From assembly GCA_964016885.1 (NCBI GenBank), contig OZ024747.1, positions 17,050,001 to 17,114,000 on the forward strand: 64,000 nucleotides of DNA. The letters are read 5' to 3'. The stretch is from Eledone cirrhosa. Lineage: Eukaryota. Numbering within the stretch: position 1 is the stretch's first letter; each line of letters opens with the position of its first letter. Below the pieces are notes generated by a model that saw only the letters and a program-made list of their open reading frames with translations, searched no databases and had not been told where the DNA came from. Position numbers and translations under genes: made by a program. Below, one piece after another: positions 17,046 through 29,879 of this stretch.

Positions 17046-17359
17046 TAAAATTGTCTGTGCGTGCTATTGTTCTCCACGCTCCACATATGACTTATTATCT
17101 TCGTTTTTTCGTTCATTGCCAGAGAACATATCTATGCACCACCTAAGAGAACATTAGTCTACGACCTCTTTTATACCATAAACGTGGTTTGTCTTTGCGC
17201 GTAATTGTTTTTCGCCGCTCCTTTTAATGACGTATTATTCGTTTTTTCCCGTTCTTTGCCAGCGAACGTTACCACGAACCAAAGTATCGTCTTCCTGTCT
17301 TCCTCCGGTTGCAACGTTTTTTGAAATATCCACTTCTGCGTTTACAGATTGACTTTGTT

Positions 17360-17410
17360 AGTTTCAGAAGATCCCGTTAAGGGTGAAAGCAGCGATTCTT
17401 TGCTTAAACT
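17360..17410 (+). ncRNA. Type I hammerhead, family E, U4A-mutated (element ~17045-17510)
   Basis: agttt CAGAAGA tccc-gttaa-gggt GAAA gcag-cgattct-ttgc TT aaact. Its lesions differ from those of the 1.1-kb copy, so the consensus is intact. Confidence 0.65.
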
Positions 17411-17809
17411 TTAATCTGTTATTTTAATAAATATTTGCTCTACGGTTCTTATATATTTGATATATATTTTCCTTATTGGATTTTAGTCTTCAATTTTATT
17501 ATTATTACTATATATATATATATATATAACATAAGTTTTTGTAGCGTGCTTGAAGCATTGTTGAATAAGAAACACAAATTTAAATTTTGAAAACCAATTC
17601 TTCATACGCATCCTTTTCGTTTTCAAAATGTAAACTTGATTCATATATGGGATGTGTGAAACTGTGTGCGTTGTGCAACTATTAGTGCTGTAACACATAC
17701 ACGCACACACATATTAATTGATGACTATTACAACCACGATCTTACACGTTTTATTTGGGAAATATTCGCGGAATAATATATTTTCTGGGCGATTGACATT
17801 TTACTTGTC

Positions 17810-18484
17810 CCAATTTACATGTCGTGCATGAATCTCTGCTTTAACGTGATATTTGACGATATATAGTCGTGTTGAACCTTTCGGCTAAATCTGTTGTCAT
17901 GACCTATCCAATCTACAAAACAACCCGGGAAATGTGCCTTGTGGAGGGTGCCGAAATATACGATGAAATATACGATGTGTTGTTGATGACAGAATCGCCT
18001 AGCTGCGTCACAAGTGGAAATAAAAGTCATTTAGGCATTTCCTACTGAACATAACAGAACTATGATATATATGAACATCCATTGCAGCAGCAATCTCTTT
18101 AATTTGCACCATGGGGCGCAGCTTTGCAAGCATCGAAAGAGATGATCGCATTTCCGACAGTTGATTTCGAGGCCAGAAGCCGATTCACTTGACATAAGTA
18201 GAATCACAAACCCATAATCTTGTGATAAAATAGAATTTTAATAGACAGTTGGGGATGGCGGCAAAGCAAAGAAAATAGAAGGTATCTCCATCACATCTAG
18301 TATACCACGTGCCACCGTGAAAGGTCTTCAATGATCTGAAATATTCCATACTAAAGCCAATACGAATGATTATCAGCAGCAGCAACCAGTATATCAGTTG
18401 GGATGAATGATGTGGGGACATTGCTCTGATTGTACCAATTAGCCTTTCACTATTGTGTTGGTTGGCTAGCTTAAACATATCCAC
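17810..18484 (-). pseudogene. Possible highly decayed LINE reverse-transcriptase remnant (RTE-like)
   Basis: Higher-GC block; minus fragments LKTFHGGT..RCDG and LAKLR..QIKEIAAAMDV..HS loosely resemble RTE RT motifs; many stops and frameshifts. Confidence 0.35.
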
Positions 18485-18715
18485 ATTTTAATATTTTAAT
18501 CTGCTATTGTTTCAATTGTTATACGTTTTATATAAATTTCTACAGATATTTGTTGTATTAATGGAATTTTAGCAGAATCATTTTATCAGATTCCTGCTCA
18601 TCCCTTTTTTCGTTTCCTGTCCTGTTCACTACTATATATTTTGAAACTCAATATGTTATCGATAATATAAGGTAGGTATGGGTCCTAAAGTCTAATAAAA
18701 GTAATTTTTGTTGTC

Positions 18716-18882
18716 AATTGGCAGATTTGTTAGAACATCAGATAAGATGCTACTGTGCTATATGTTCTGGATCTTATCATACTGAGTTCACATCCCGTCT
18801 AGGTATGAGTTGCCTTTCATTTTATTAGTGTCAATGAAATAGCGTACAAATTACTGTTTTGTGCCAAAATTAGAAATCATTA
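18716..18882 (+). mobile_element. Old diverged SINE-S-related copy
   Basis: aattggcaga..ctgagttcacatcccg..ttgcctttcat..ttgtgccaaaattagaaatcattat. Confidence 0.65.
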
Positions 18883-19724
18883 TCATTATTTCTTTATTGC
18901 TTTTGTTGTTTTAGCTTCTGCTGCTGTTCTAGTTGTTGAGTAGTATTTGAGTAGTATTTGTGAGGAAAGTGAATAAAGTTGTATAGTCTATATTTCTATT
19001 GACGCCAAGTGAATGAAAGGCACAAAACCTTGGAATAGTGAAATTCTGAACATTCTGAATGGTGAAACTATTCAGTTTGTCTCTGCAGAGGTTATATCAA
19101 TTCAACATACATCTCTTGACAAAATATTGATCATTCCTTTAAGAACTTTTACCATTGAAATAAATGATTTTAATGAAGGCCTGTTAGGTTATATACATAT
19201 TCTTCCTTGAAGGTACAAATAATTTATAGATTTTATTGATAAATTAATGTATTGAACAGAGTGAAATTTTCTCAGGATTTCAAATGGTAGAAAAGCAAAA
19301 GATTTAATAAGTAGAAATCGATAGCTGTCACAGAAAAACTACCATATTAGAATTTCAATTATTTTTATATTTATTCGATAAGTTGGCAAATCAGCCGGAA
19401 GGAATTATTGAATTTGCTAATCAAGAAGAATTTATTTTCCTACTTTTTCTTTCATTGATTCATTTTCTGATATGAGTGCAAGCAATGTATGCTACGGTAT
19501 GGACAAAAATAAAGACAAATCATCACGCTAATTGAAGGAATGATGTGAGAAATCTAATTTGTAATCAAATCCAATACATCAAATATATTAACACTGTAAC
19601 GTCGGAGAGTAACATGTGACAAATTATGATTTGATGTATATCTTGTGTTGTTATTTGTCCTCAAATCTGCAGTTTTCCATCAGAAATGAGCATAGACGAT
19701 TAAGCTCGGCAACAACAATTTTGT

Positions 19725-19800
<76 letters not shown>

Positions 19801-19880
19801 GAGTGAAACAGGATTCAATGAGTATATCAAAGGATGAGTTAAATCTTAACCATTTAACATCTCAGGGTATGTCATGTATC

Positions 19881-19943
19881 ATTATATTTTGTCTGATGAG
19901 GACGTACTGTTGTACATCCGAAATATGTATAATAAAATGTAAT
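19881..19943 (+). ncRNA. Type I hammerhead ribozyme, family C (element 19797-19983 between TA tracts)
   Basis: attatattttgt CTGATGA ggacgtac-tgtt-gtacatcc GAAA tatgta TA ataaaatgtaat: 12-bp stem I, 8-bp stem II with one mismatch, near-palindromic stem III. Confidence 0.8.
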
Positions 19944-20097
19944 TGGTCAAAAGAACATCTATTTTATTAATATTTGTATTTTAATATATATATATATATA
20001 TATGGGATGGCGTCATCTTATGGCTAAAACAGCACGACGTGCTGTGACTAGCGGCGCCGATTAGCGCCCGACAGACTGGTCGGTCAAGGTGATCAAG

Positions 20098-20182
<85 letters not shown>

Positions 20183-20252
20183 ACGCTATCGTCACTTATA
20201 TACTATGGAATACTGTTGGCTTTTTGCTACAATGTTTTCTATACCTTTCATT

Positions 20253-20285
<33 letters not shown>

Positions 20286-20458
20286 CGTCCTTTCACGCAC
20301 AAGGCGTCAAGGTACGCATGTATTGTCCAACCAAGTGCCAGTGTGGTTCAATGGCGGGTTAATAAATTAACGAGCCAGAACAAATATAAACAAGGTTTAG
20401 TAAATAATGAAAAAGTTTCAAAATAAATTTTAAAAAATTGACTTTACCTACTATAGTT

Positions 20459-20542
20459 ACCTTTACCGATCGGTTTCGAATCCCAAAAATAAAACGTAGG
20501 CCATACGGCCTTCGTTGCAAAGAGAGATTCTCGTCAGAAGGT
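20459..20542 (-). ncRNA. Type I hammerhead ribozyme, 483-bp unit copy 1
   Basis: acctt CTGACGA gaatctc..gggattc GAAA ccgatcgg TA aaggt on the minus strand. Confidence 0.88.
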
Positions 20543-20941
20543 TCTTTTCATTCAAAGAATATAAAATTCCTGAATTTAAATCACAAACTAGCGCTATCAA
20601 AGACTGTTCCTGGGATGAGAGTGGATGATGTAGAACAGGTTTATCAAGGGCCGTAGTAAAGATAGAGGCAAAAGGAGGTAGGTCGAACTAGCCACCGCTG
20701 TTATCAGCAGCAGTCGGAATGACCCAGTTTGTTCTCAACGTATGTGGAGGTAGTAGTAATATGAAATACGTCCTTTCACGCACAAGGCGTCAAGGTACGC
20801 ATGTATTGTCCAACCAAGTGCCAGTGTGGTTCAATGGCGGGTTAATAAATTAACGAGCCAGAACAAATATAAACAAGGTTTAGTAAATAATGAAAAAGTT
20901 TCAAAATAAATTTTAAAAAATTGACTTTACCTACTATAGTT

Positions 20942-21025
20942 ACCTTTACCGATCGGTTTCGAATCCCAAAAATAAAACGTAGGCCATACGGCCTTCGTTG
21001 CAAAGAGAGATTCTCGTCAGAAGGT
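20942..21025 (-). ncRNA. Type I hammerhead ribozyme, copy 2
   Basis: Identical to copy 1 (+483). Confidence 0.88.
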
Positions 21026-21424
21026 TCTTTTCATTCAAAGAATATAAAATTCCTGAATTTAAATCACAAACTAGCGCTATCAAAGACTGTTCCTGGGATG
21101 AGAGTGGATGATGTAGAACAGGTTTATCAAGGGCCGTAGTAAAGATAGAGGCAAAAGGAGGTAGGTCGAACTAGCCACCGCTGTTATCAGCAGCAGTCGG
21201 AATGACCCGGTTTGTTCTCAACGTATGTGGAGGTAGTAGTAATATGAAATACGTCCTTTCACGCACAAGGCGTCAAGGTACGCATGTATTGTCCAACCAA
21301 GTGCCAGTGTGGTTCAATGGCGGGTTAATAAATTAACGAGCCAGAACAAATATAAACAAGGTTTAGTAAATAATGAAAAAGTTTCAAAATAAATTTTAAA
21401 AAATTGACTTTACCTACTATAGTT

Positions 21425-21508
21425 ACCTTTACCGATCGGTTTCGAATCCCAAAAATAAAACGTAGGCCATACGGCCTTCGTTGCAAAGAGAGATTCTCGT
21501 CAGAAGGT
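21425..21508 (-). ncRNA. Type I hammerhead ribozyme, copy 3
   Basis: Identical to copy 1 (+966). Confidence 0.88.
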
Positions 21509-22048
21509 TCTTTTCATTCAAAGAATATAAAATTCCTGAATTTAAATCACAAACTAGCGCTATCAAAGACTGTTCCTGGGATGAGAGTGGATGATGTAGA
21601 ACAGGTTTATCAAGGGCCGTAGTAAAGATAGAGGCAAAAGGAGGTAGGTCGAACTAGCCACCGCTGTTATCAGCAGCAGTCGGAATGACCCGGTTTGTTC
21701 TCAACGTATGTGGAGGTAGTAGTAATATGAAATACGTCCTTTCACGCACAAGGCGTCAAGGTACGCATGGCATTTGGTTGGTCAATACATGCGTACCTTG
21801 ACGCCTTGTGCGTGAAAGGACGTATTTCATATTACTACTACCTCCACATACGTTGAGAACAAACCGGGTCATTCCGACTGCTGCTGATAACAGCGGTGGC
21901 TAGTTCGACCTACCTCCTTTTGCCTCTATCTTTACTACGGCCCTTGATAAACCTGTTCTACATCATCCACTCTCATCCCAGGAACAGTCTTTGATAGCGC
22001 TAGCTTGTGATTTAAATTCAGGAATTTTATATTCTTTGAATGAAAAGA

Positions 22049-22132
22049 ACCTTCTGACGAGAATCTCTCTTTGCAACGAAGGCCGTATGGCCTACGTTTT
22101 ATTTTTGGGATTCGAAACCGATCGGTAAAGGT
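22049..22132 (+). ncRNA. Type I hammerhead ribozyme, copy 4
   Basis: Stem I 22049-53/22128-32, CTGACGA 22054-60, stem II 22061-22113, GAAA 22114-17, palindromic ACCGATCGGT, GUA site with predicted cut after 22127. Confidence 0.88.
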
Positions 22133-22531
22133 AACTATAGTAGGTAAAGTCAATTTTTTAAAATTTATTTTGAAACTTTTTCATTATTTACTAAACCTTG
22201 TTTATATTTGTTCTGGCTCGTTAATTTATTAACCCGCCATTGAACCACACTGGCACTTGGTTGGACAATACATGCGTACCTTGACGCCTTGTGCGTGAAA
22301 GGACGTATTTCATATTACTACTACCTCCACATACGTTGAGAACAAACCGGGTCATTCCGACTGCTGCTGATAACAGCGGTGGCTAGTTCGACCTACCTCC
22401 TTTTGCCTCTATCTTTACTACGGCCCTTGATAAACCTGTTCTACATCATCCACTCTCATCCCAGGAACAGTCTTTGATAGCGCTAGTTTGTGATTTAAAT
22501 TCAGGAATTTTATATTCTTTGAATGAAAAGA

Positions 22532-22615
22532 ACCTTCTGACGAGAATCTCTCTTTGCAACGAAGGCCGTATGGCCTACGTTTTATTTTTGGGATTCGAAA
22601 CCGATCGGTAAAGGT
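22532..22615 (+). ncRNA. Type I hammerhead ribozyme, copy 5
   Basis: Identical to copy 4. Confidence 0.88.
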
Positions 22616-23015
22616 AACTATAGTAGGTAAAGTCAATTTTTTAAAATTTATTTTGAAACCTTTTTCATTATTTACTAAACCTTGTTTATATTTGTTCTGG
22701 CTCGTTAATTTATTAACCCGCCATTGAACCACACTGGCACTTGGTTGGACAATACATGCGTACCTTGACGCCTTGTGCGTGAAAGGACGTATTTCATATT
22801 ACTACTACCTCCACATACGTTGAGAACAAACCGGGTCATTCCGACTGCTGCTGATAACAGCGGTGGCTAGTTCGACCTACCTCCTTTTGCCTCTATCTTT
22901 ACTACGGCCCTTGATAAACCTGTTCTACATCATCCACTCTCATCCCAGGAACAGTCTTTGATAGCGCTAGTTTGTGATTTAAATTCAGGAATTTTATATT
23001 CTTTGAATGAAAAGA

Positions 23016-23099
23016 ACCTTCTGACGAGAATCTCTCTTTGCAACGAAGGCCGTATGGCCTACGTTTTATTTTTGGGATTCGAAACCGATCGGTAAAGGT
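23016..23099 (+). ncRNA. Type I hammerhead ribozyme, copy 6
   Basis: Identical to copy 4. Confidence 0.88.
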
Positions 23100-23482
23100 A
23101 ACTATAGTAGGTAAAGTTAATTTTTTAAAATTTATTTTGAAACTTTTTCATTATTTACTAAACCTTGTTTATATATATATATATATATATATTATATTAT
23201 ATTATATTATATTATATTTCACATATTTCATTATTTTTAAAGAGAATTATACTCTTATAGTTCATGGAAGGAATGCGCATCGAGACTCAGTATTCTTAGT
23301 CCATTGTGGTTTTTAAAGGTTAGCCCCTGCATTACTTAGGATAGTAAAATGGGATTTGAGGGTGATATGGCCAGTAATTTCTAATAGTTATATATATTAA
23401 CCACTTAAATATATCTTCGTTAGTGAAATTGTCTGTATGCTGTACAAATACTACGTTATTGAGTTTAAATATACATTATTAT

Positions 23483-23786
23483 CGCCAAGGTTAACTTTGC
23501 CTTTCATCCTTACGGGGTCGATAAAATAAAGTACCAGCAATGCACTGGATATTTGCTGGCCTTGTCCCAAAAGTAGAAACAATTATAGAGATAGAAGCGC
23601 GGTGGATTGTCAGTATCGGTAGAGGGTCGGACGCGATGCTTTCCAGCATACTTACGTCCGTTTCCGGTCTGAGTTAAATCCCGGCGAGGTTAACTTTGCC
23701 TTTCCTCCTTACGGGCTCGATAAATTAAAGTACCAGTAATGTACTGCGTAGATGCTGGCCTTGTGCTAAACGTAGAAACAATTATT
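23483..23786 (+). mobile_element. Two tandem SINE-S copies (3' half 23483-23586; full 23599-23786)
   Basis: Consensus match. Confidence 0.9.
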
Positions 23787-26700
23787 ATAGAGATTGCCTT
23801 CGTTTTCATTCCTAACATTCTGCTTATCACTATTTCAAGTTCTTTCACATATTCTCTAATTCCTATTTCAGTTAGCAACGATATAAATGCTAAAGTACTA
23901 GCTTGTATTTTTATGAGTTTTTCCCATTAAAGTGTCGGGGCTTTTTAGGGCAAATTGTGGTGGTAGCTAATAGGAAAACGTGTCCATATAACCAGACCTT
24001 AGCACCATGTCAATATATCATTGGAACTAAATTGAAATGATATTATTTTTACCGTATCTGCATTGAAGCACTTTAACTTACAGCATCTATACTTTTGAAA
24101 ACATAAGTATTTGGCTCTTCTGAAACATGAACATGTGTTGCGATAAAATGTCCTTTCATAAATTTCTCTCGTTAATTTTACAGCTTTTCACACGCCAGAA
24201 AATCTAAATTGCCGCAGTATTTGTTCCTAGAGATATAATTCTCTAAAACTATCTTTACTCACAGATATCGTTAGCGACATCGATCTGTAAACCATCGAAC
24301 GGACGAATATTTGCATCGGCTTCACCAGTCTGATTGGGTCTACAAATATAACCCGACTATAAGAGAAGTAAATGTAATTGACTCATTAGCGCTACTGGTT
24401 TATATTCTTCCCTGAGCACAAAATCTATAATACTAATGGTAAACAAGAACATATTGGTATTGAAAATAACGTCTTGCTTTGGTGAAATATCAAATCAGGT
24501 TTTTGACAAGGAAAATTAAATCAGCTTGTTACTTCAAAGTTTCGAATGTATCGACCCCCACTTCACTGGAAAATTGTTTTTCATAAGAAAGCGTAGACTT
24601 TGACTAAGGAAATATACAGAATATAATTTACTATAGAAAAATAAATGATCGTTTATTTATTGTTAAGTTTTAAATGATATGTAGATAGATTTCTGTCAGA
24701 AGCACAAGAACATAGATGTTATGTGGGAGAGGGATCTCTGATGATTAAGTACATTGATCCCATTTCTTAACATGGTCATATTTTACTGACCCCCTAAATG
24801 ATGAAATGTAAAGTTGAATGTGGCTGGATTTGAAATCAGAACTAGATGCGTCTTGGATAAATATTTCGAGCCCGAGATTCTGACGATTTTACCACCAAAT
24901 AAAACTTATAAGCTTTGGTTCAGTGTTTGTTTCATATAACAAGGGCAATAAGAAAACAATGTGTGAGATTAAGGAAAAACATATCAGACGGATCATATCC
25001 GGCGGTTGGTGGTCTATGCAAAAAGACTATTAAAGTAAAAGAATATCTCGAAAATTAGGTAACATGGAGTGGAGTAAATATAAAGTATAGCTGTCAGTTT
25101 TGGCAGCATATTTGAAGTGCTGAAGTTTTAAGGTGCCTACCGTAAACATTACCAGTGGTTATTTAGGCTTCTCCATGCTTCTGGCCTTGTCATAGTAAAA
25201 GAAACCGAATCAAATCACCACTCATGATACCCATGAATTGAAATAATGATTGTTTCATGAGATTACAGGAGTACATTTTCAAATGGAAGATATAGTCAGT
25301 TTTATCGAGGGTTACTTTCCCAGTTGTAACGGAGTCACACTAATCCGCGCATCATTTATTATTAATATAAAAATAAAGACGATATTGTGCTTGAATCTTA
25401 CATGGTTTTAATAATTACATAGTTACGGTTGTATATATTTTAGTAATACCTATTATGTAATAGATATCACCTCATCAGACAGCTTTTGTGTTTTCATTCA
25501 ATATGTTCCAGGTGGATTTTGCTGCTGCTTCTCCAAAGCCCTGATAACATATGGATTCACTAGTTAGCATCACTTTTTACTCATGAGAAACATTAGCCCG
25601 CTAGTTAATATATTATTTTCTAAACGGAATAACTTTCTCTCCCTGATTTCCGTTTTTCATTTCACAAATATTTGTAGTTTTTTGTTCTACATATATGATT
25701 TTCCTCTTTTTCTCTATCTCTACAACTTGGTAAAGGGCAAATTGTCAGAATCATTTCATTCTTCTCCGTCACCCCTTAATACATTGGCTAAGTATTAATG
25801 TGTTATCTTCGCCTCTGGGGTAGATGCTAATTATAATGATTCCTTATATATATATATATATATACACTTACACATATACATATATATAGAAAGGGGGGGT
25901 GAGGGAAGGTATATCACACTAGTGCAAATCGAACCAGGGAAATTGGATTACAACATACAAGACATTAATTATTAACACAGGCTATGCTTTTTTAGAAGTA
26001 TCCTATATAGTATCATTATTTGTCTCACCCTCTCACTCGCTCATTCTCTCATATATACACGTTCAAACATCTCATTATTTCTTAATCTCCTGGTCTTTGA
26101 AAAAAATTCGTTTTATCGCTTAGCGCTTAATTGTGGTTACGTCTTGTCGATGCAGTGATAACCTCAGTAGTATTATCTAATTGATTCATTCATGAATTTT
26201 GCCTCCTTCCTTAGCCTTTGTAATGATGCTACATCAGTACGTAGTTTTGGTAACATTTACTTCAGTGTGATATATGATCTAATGCAGCATCATTGCAAAC
26301 AAAAAGAATCCACTCACGTCTGTATTAATCTAGTTTCGCTGGGGAGATGTAGCCTCTCATACACTAATTCTTCTTTAAGAAGTTGCCAATTATATTCTTA
26401 AACTAAGATAGTGTATGTATAAAAGCATTAGGTTAACCCAATATGTAATGTACAGATCCGAACTACGTGAAGACAATATTTCTAGTGTAATTGGATAGAG
26501 GTTTTCTGCTCTACTTGGGTACTTCTTAAGATAGAATGAAAATGAATTCGATTCTACTTGTATTTTATTTTATAGATTCTGGGTATATATATATACCATT
26601 AAGTTGTTGAAAATAGTTTTCTTCGCCCCGTAAGGAAATAAAAACTTCACTAATATAATTATGCGTTAATTAAATAAGTTTGTGTTTAACATCGGATATA

Positions 26701-27705
26701 GCTTCTATTTTTCATATTCAAAAATAACCAGTTCTATAACAGTTAGTATACCATTTCCGTTCTTTTTTAAGTAAATTAATATTGTTTTTCATATGACAAT
26801 TTAATCTACGTGTGTAGATATCAGGAACATTGCTTAGGAACTATGTGATACCTTAAACTAATGCCATTTACAATAACGCCTGTTCGATTGGAATTGTTTG
26901 AATGAAATTTGGTAATTGTTTGAAAGGAATATGGTAATTGTATATAAGCCCATCGATATCATTGTTCCTATATTATGGTAACTTATTAAAACCTTCTCCC
27001 AACTTAAGGCAATTATTTTCTCTTTGATTATTTTTTATCGAGTCCACACTTTTGTAATCATTCCGTGCAAGTCTCCGGTCTCATGAATATTATCCTCCCT
27101 TCTACCAGCATCAGGCGTACAAATAAAATGTCAGTGTTCAGTGGTCAGTGTTTTCCTTCTCTGAATTAGATATAAAACTATATGTGCCGTATTTGATAAC
27201 ACACTTTTAAAAATATATCACTGAATAACTAGTGTGTTAAATTCCAGATATGAAGACATATTTATACCCTATATCAATAAACATTTTTATATAAAGTTCA
27301 AAAGTCATTTATTGAACTTATTACCCAAGTTTGTGATGACTACAAAAAAAATAAAAACTATGAAATTGCTATCCAAAGTATAAATTAAAATGGCAGGTAA
27401 AAATATATGAAGCAAAATATATATCCTTAGAAAATTGAGAATTAATCGCTGAGAGACATATATGAGACATTGTTGAAGAAAAAATATCGGAAATCAATAA
27501 GTTTCTTACCCAGGACTTATGTAGGATTACAACTAAGAGTGTAGTGGTTTCGAAAAATAATAGAGCGTATGAGAAATCTTATAAATGATCTCTTTATATC
27601 CATATGAATGTAATTCTTCGACACGGGTATTTCTCCTGTACACATCATTTCGAATATAAGCTCTAACAAATTATATTATGTTGCGCTAAGCACTCTTTCT
27701 CTGTC

Positions 27706-28243
<538 letters not shown>

Positions 28244-29273
28244 CGTGTGTGTGTATACAACCGACGCATGCGATGGTGTTAACCCGGGTGACACATTATG
28301 TCTACGTCTGGGCAGCTCAGAACGGGGAGAGCTAAAAGAAATACTAAAAACCCAGATTTGGGGATTTGTACACTATTTGTTATAATTGGAATGATGGAAC
28401 GTCATATTAAAATATGTGAGACTTGAACTTAGAGCTCAGAAATGCATTCAAATACTACAAACGATTTATTTCCACGCCTGAATGGCTGCGTCAATTTATC
28501 TCTATGTGGAATCGTATATGTAACCACGGAGGAAAACGAAGCCCTTAGCTATACAACCATACAAATAATGAATTTATATTTTTATACGCGTCTACTTCAT
28601 TTTTAGTTAACGTTTTTTCACTATGGACGAGAGAAAATATGCCAGCACCCACTTTTCAATATACCACATTAGTACAATACTATTTCATACTTATTTAAAT
28701 GAAAATCAACATTATCTTCCAAAATCTAAAATAGATTCAGAAGCCATATAGACTATATTTGGCAAACGGAGTCATAATATCAAAGTTCCTGACATATATT
28801 AATGTATGTAGTTTGCAATATATTCTACGTGACAGTTTTATGACGAAATGATCTCCTGAGATCAAAACCAATTCCGTTCGGAGAATTACATCCTTCGTTC
28901 GAAGCAAGGATTAAACTAATATTTTTATGGACGAGCAGCCAACGTCTTGCTGCAAATTCCCATTAGAGTTTCCTATATACAACACAACATAATATATAAT
29001 ATATAAAACGTAAAAGTTATTAAATAAAAAGAACTCTAGGTTAATTTTAATATAAGTTTTAACTAATGCACAAGTTTTCTATTATATAGAATGTTATATA
29101 TTATATATTGAAAAGGGTCTTTTTTTAATATGTTTTACATGGAACCTCGCACTGTGGGTCAAACTTCATGGAAAGAGATAAAAAAATGAATACGAAATTG
29201 AAAAACACTGTCATGAAGCTACACAATCAAAGAGAATTACAATTCCCTATACACTAGTACACAGACGCACAGA

Positions 29274-29378
<105 letters not shown>

Positions 29379-29473
29379 TAGGTGGGCGTGTGCGTGCGTG
29401 CGTGTGTGTATGTGATTGAGGATATAAACGAAGAAAGAGTAAACAACACACATATACAGTATATACAATTATA

Positions 29474-29505
<32 letters not shown>

Positions 29506-29879
29506 GAAAGAAAGAGATACAGGGAGAGTGTAAGGCCACGTATACTAAATGCCATCCACGATAAATAGTTAATTCAATTCAAAAATCTAAAGCTATATAC
29601 TATGCAAAATTCTGCTTAGAATGAAATGTCTCGATATGCATGAATTCCAGAATCCTACTTTCTGTATCTCACTCTTTCTTTCACTCCCTCTCTCACTCTT
29701 TTTCTCTCATATATATATATGTATACATACATACACACATACATGCTCACCCCCCTCAAACATCCAGACCTATGTGCGTATATACATAATCGAAAACGTC
29801 AGAGAGATCATCTCCGTATACACGATCAGTGTTTTCTTTTATTCAGGTATCTCATTTAAGGCTCTGAGTGTTGTCAGAG

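Larger units (their letters stand above)
20278..23174. repeat. 483-bp unit array forming a 2.9-kb head-to-head palindrome (retrozyme/PLE pLTR-like), flanked by (TA)n on both sides
   Basis: Units start at 20278, 20761, 21244 and 21727 (partial to 21769); 18-nt spacer 21770-21787; inverted arm 21788-23174; only a few differences among copies. Confidence 0.97.

Noticed and set aside
19013-19430. Coding-like AT-rich stretch (possible decayed Polinton or viral gene)
   Set aside because: Multiple stops and no motif I can identify
20438-22732. Repeated 72-aa ORF MTLPTIVTFTDRF... in each 483-bp unit
   Set aside because: TTG start, antisense to the ribozyme, no recognisable domain; identity only reflects the DNA repeat
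20278-23174. CRISPR array or simple fold-back read artefact
   Set aside because: No unique spacers and a eukaryotic context. The flanks differ on the two sides and the arms have private variants, which argues against a plain read chimera, though read-level confirmation is still needed.
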